The position numbers and the translations under genes were made by a program. 64,000 bases of DNA, taken from a virus. Taxonomy: Duplodnaviria; Heunggongvirae; Uroviricota; Caudoviricetes. This document shows positions 62,274 through 64,000 of the stretch, piece after piece. Under the pieces are notes generated by a model. The model was not told the origin of the DNA and did not search any database. It worked only from the letters and a program-made list of their open reading frames with translations. How positions within the stretch are numbered: the stretch's first letter is position 1; the number at the start of each line of letters is the position of its first letter. The stretch lies in IMG/VR virus record IMGVR_UViG_3300042401_002002. One strand, 5' to 3'.

Positions 62274-64000
62274 TTAAACTGAACAAGCACCTGATTCACA
62301 ACCGACATCATTTGAATTAGATTCATTATGTGTCTTTTCAAGTTCATTAATTAAATCATCACTATTACCATCTTCAGTATTAGCGTAATATAATGTTTTT
62401 AAACCCATTTGGTATGAATACAAAATATCTGTTGAAACTTGTGAAATAGGAATTTCGCCACCATTTTTAGTTGCATTATAATAATGGTTAGAGCTAATAG
62501 CCTGGTCAATATATTTTTGAATAATAGCTTGAATATTAATCAAATGTTTATTATCACCGATTTCAAAAGCTAATTGATATTTGTTTTTTAATTTACTAAT
62601 CTCAGGCACTACCATTTTTAATGTACCTTGTTTAGATGTTTTAGTTGTTAATAAACTTCTAACCGGTTCAATACCGTTTGTTGAGTTAGATACAACAGAT
62701 GATGATTCACAAGGCATAATAGCTGTCAATGTACTATTTCTCATGCCATAAGTTAAAACATCTTGTCTTAAGGATTCCCAATCTAATGTTAATGGTCTGT
62801 TAACAATTTTATCTACATTTTTGTTATATGTATCAATAGGTAAAATACCTGATGAGTATTTAGTTTGGTCAAAATATTCACATTTACCATATTCTTTTGC
62901 TAATTTAACAGAAGCTTTGATTAAGTAGTATTGAATATGTTCCATTAACTCATCAACAAATGGTAAAGTTTCTGGAGTAGTATATGTTAAGTTATTTTTA
63001 GCTAAATAATAAGCTAAGTTAGTAATACCCACACCTACACTTCTACGTTTTAACATTTTCCTAGCAGCTGGAACTGGATAATCTTGTTTTTCAATGATAA
63101 AATCAAGTCCTCTTAAAATGTTTTCACATAATCCTTCTAATTCATCTAATGTTTTTAATTCACCCAAGTTAATAGCTGATAAAACACATAAAGCAATCTC
63201 TCCATTTTCTGTATGTAAATCAGTTATTGGTGTGGTTGGTAAGGTGATTTCCTGACAATTACCTGTGATTATACCATTAAAAATAACTTTATGTCTTTTA
63301 GGTTCATTAACACAATATGTATCATCAATTCTACCTAAATCTTCTATTTTAGTTATCGTTATACCTGAAATAATTTCACTATCAATAGAGTATGTTTCAA
63401 TTTTATCGTCAATAACTAATTCATTTGCTCTAACTTCTTTGTTACCTTCTAAATAAAATTTATGATATTCAGTACACTCAATAGTTTGTCCGTTACTAAA
63501 ACTAATTTTAATTATTTTTTGGTTCTCACCTGTTTTAACAATAGTTGTTGTACTAAACTCTTCACCATTCCATACGTTAACTTCCTTACCTGCGTTATCA
63601 CCAATTGTAATATAACCTTGGTCAGTTAAAATTTGAGTTTCTGGCGCAACACAAAGATTTGACATAGTAACACTTTGTTTAAAAGAACTATGTGTGTTTA
63701 CATGGTCTGCATTAAATAAATAAATTCTACCTGTACCGATTCTTTCTTGAATATATGAATTAAATAATTCTCTAGCACCAATAACAGTTTTTTTAATCAT
63801 TTTGTTATTCTCTAAACGAACATATAATTCTTCAAATTTATCATTGTCTTTGAAAAATAATTCATATAGTGTTGGACTATCACCAGGTGAAAATAATGTA
63901 ATATTACCGTTTTCTACTACACGTTTATAAAATAATCTATTAAATTGAATAGAATAATCCATACCACGTACTCTGTTTTCAGTTGCGCCTTTATTATTTT
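62274..64000 (-). CDS. nrdA: Ribonucleotide reductase class Ia alpha subunit (5' end outside the window) with a mini-intein
   Basis: The frame is open to the window edge (KNNKGATENRVRGMDY). SNL^CQEI, LKTLYY and C-terminal CESGAC. Confidence 0.95.
   Translation of the reverse strand, partial: NNKGATENRVRGMDYSIQFNRLFYKRVVENGNITLFSPGDSPTLYELFFKDNDKFEELYVRLENNKMIKKTVIGARELFNSYIQERIGTGRIYLFNADHVNTHSSFKQSVTMSNLCVAPETQILTDQGYITIGDNAGKEVNVWNGEEFSTTTIVKTGENQKIIKISFSNGQTIECTEYHKFYLEGNKEVRANELVIDDKIETYSIDSEIISGITITKIEDLGRIDDTYCVNEPKRHKVIFNGIITGNCQEITLPTTPITDLHTENGEIALCVLSAINLGELKTLDELEGLCENILRGLDFIIEKQDYPVPAARKMLKRRSVGVGITNLAYYLAKNNLTYTTPETLPFVDELMEHIQYYLIKASVKLAKEYGKCEYFDQTKYSSGILPIDTYNKNVDKIVNRPLTLDWESLRQDVLTYGMRNSTLTAIMPCESSSVVSNSTNGIEPVRSLLTTKTSKQGTLKMVVPEISKLKNKYQLAFEIGDNKHLINIQAIIQKYIDQAISSNHYYNATKNGGEIPISQVSTDILYSYQMGLKTLYYANTEDGNSDDLINELEKTHNESNSNDVGCESGACSV
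63258..63653 (-). mobile_element. 132-aa mini-intein in NrdA
   Basis: CVAPETQILT...ECTEYHKF...TYCVNE...GIITGN, followed by Cys. No endonuclease domain. Confidence 0.88.

Noticed and set aside
3157-63456. Short overlapping or antisense track ORFs (e.g. 3157, 3352, 5040, 9865, 11784, 15727, 16011, 19738, 23698, 24250, 30203, 34068, 34114, 35342, 40481, 44312, 47396, 47810, 51307, 57143, 57270, 60035, 61181, 63265)
   Set aside because: They lie within or opposite better-supported genes and have no recognisable motifs.
1-64000. Alternative genetic code (stop-codon reassignment) explaining the ORF-poor gaps
   Set aside because: Conserved genes are full length in code 11. The gaps are explained by micro-ORFs whose successive units change frame, so TGA readthrough would not fuse them.

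Overview
A very AT-rich 64 kb segment of a large T4-like myovirus (jumbo-type phage). The host is probably a Bacteroidota member, inferred from TAnnTTTG promoter boxes and the lack of obvious Shine-Dalgarno sites. The window has early-type clusters of small hypothetical genes; replication and nucleotide genes (ATP-dependent ligase, exonuclease, RuvC-like resolvase, DHFR, thioredoxin, NrdB, intein-containing NrdA); virion genes (tail tube, gp25-like wedge, baseplate-like protein, intein-containing portal); gcvH; and a tnpB-only IS200/605 element. The main unexplained structure fills apparent intergenic gaps that the ORF track mostly misses: about 70 minus-strand micro-ORFs (about 36-60 aa) in seven tandem arrays. 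They are chained by overlapping stop/start junctions (AAGATGAAACTTA) and share an MKL(K)I N-terminus and an N-x-[LI]-x-I-[FY]-x-R C-terminus around a hypervariable core. A second candidate system is a tnpB-less copy of the IS (probable stand-alone omega-RNA) whose predicted guide is the phage's own repeated 23-bp promoter-like motif. All calls come from reading the sequence and recognising motifs; no database searches were run.
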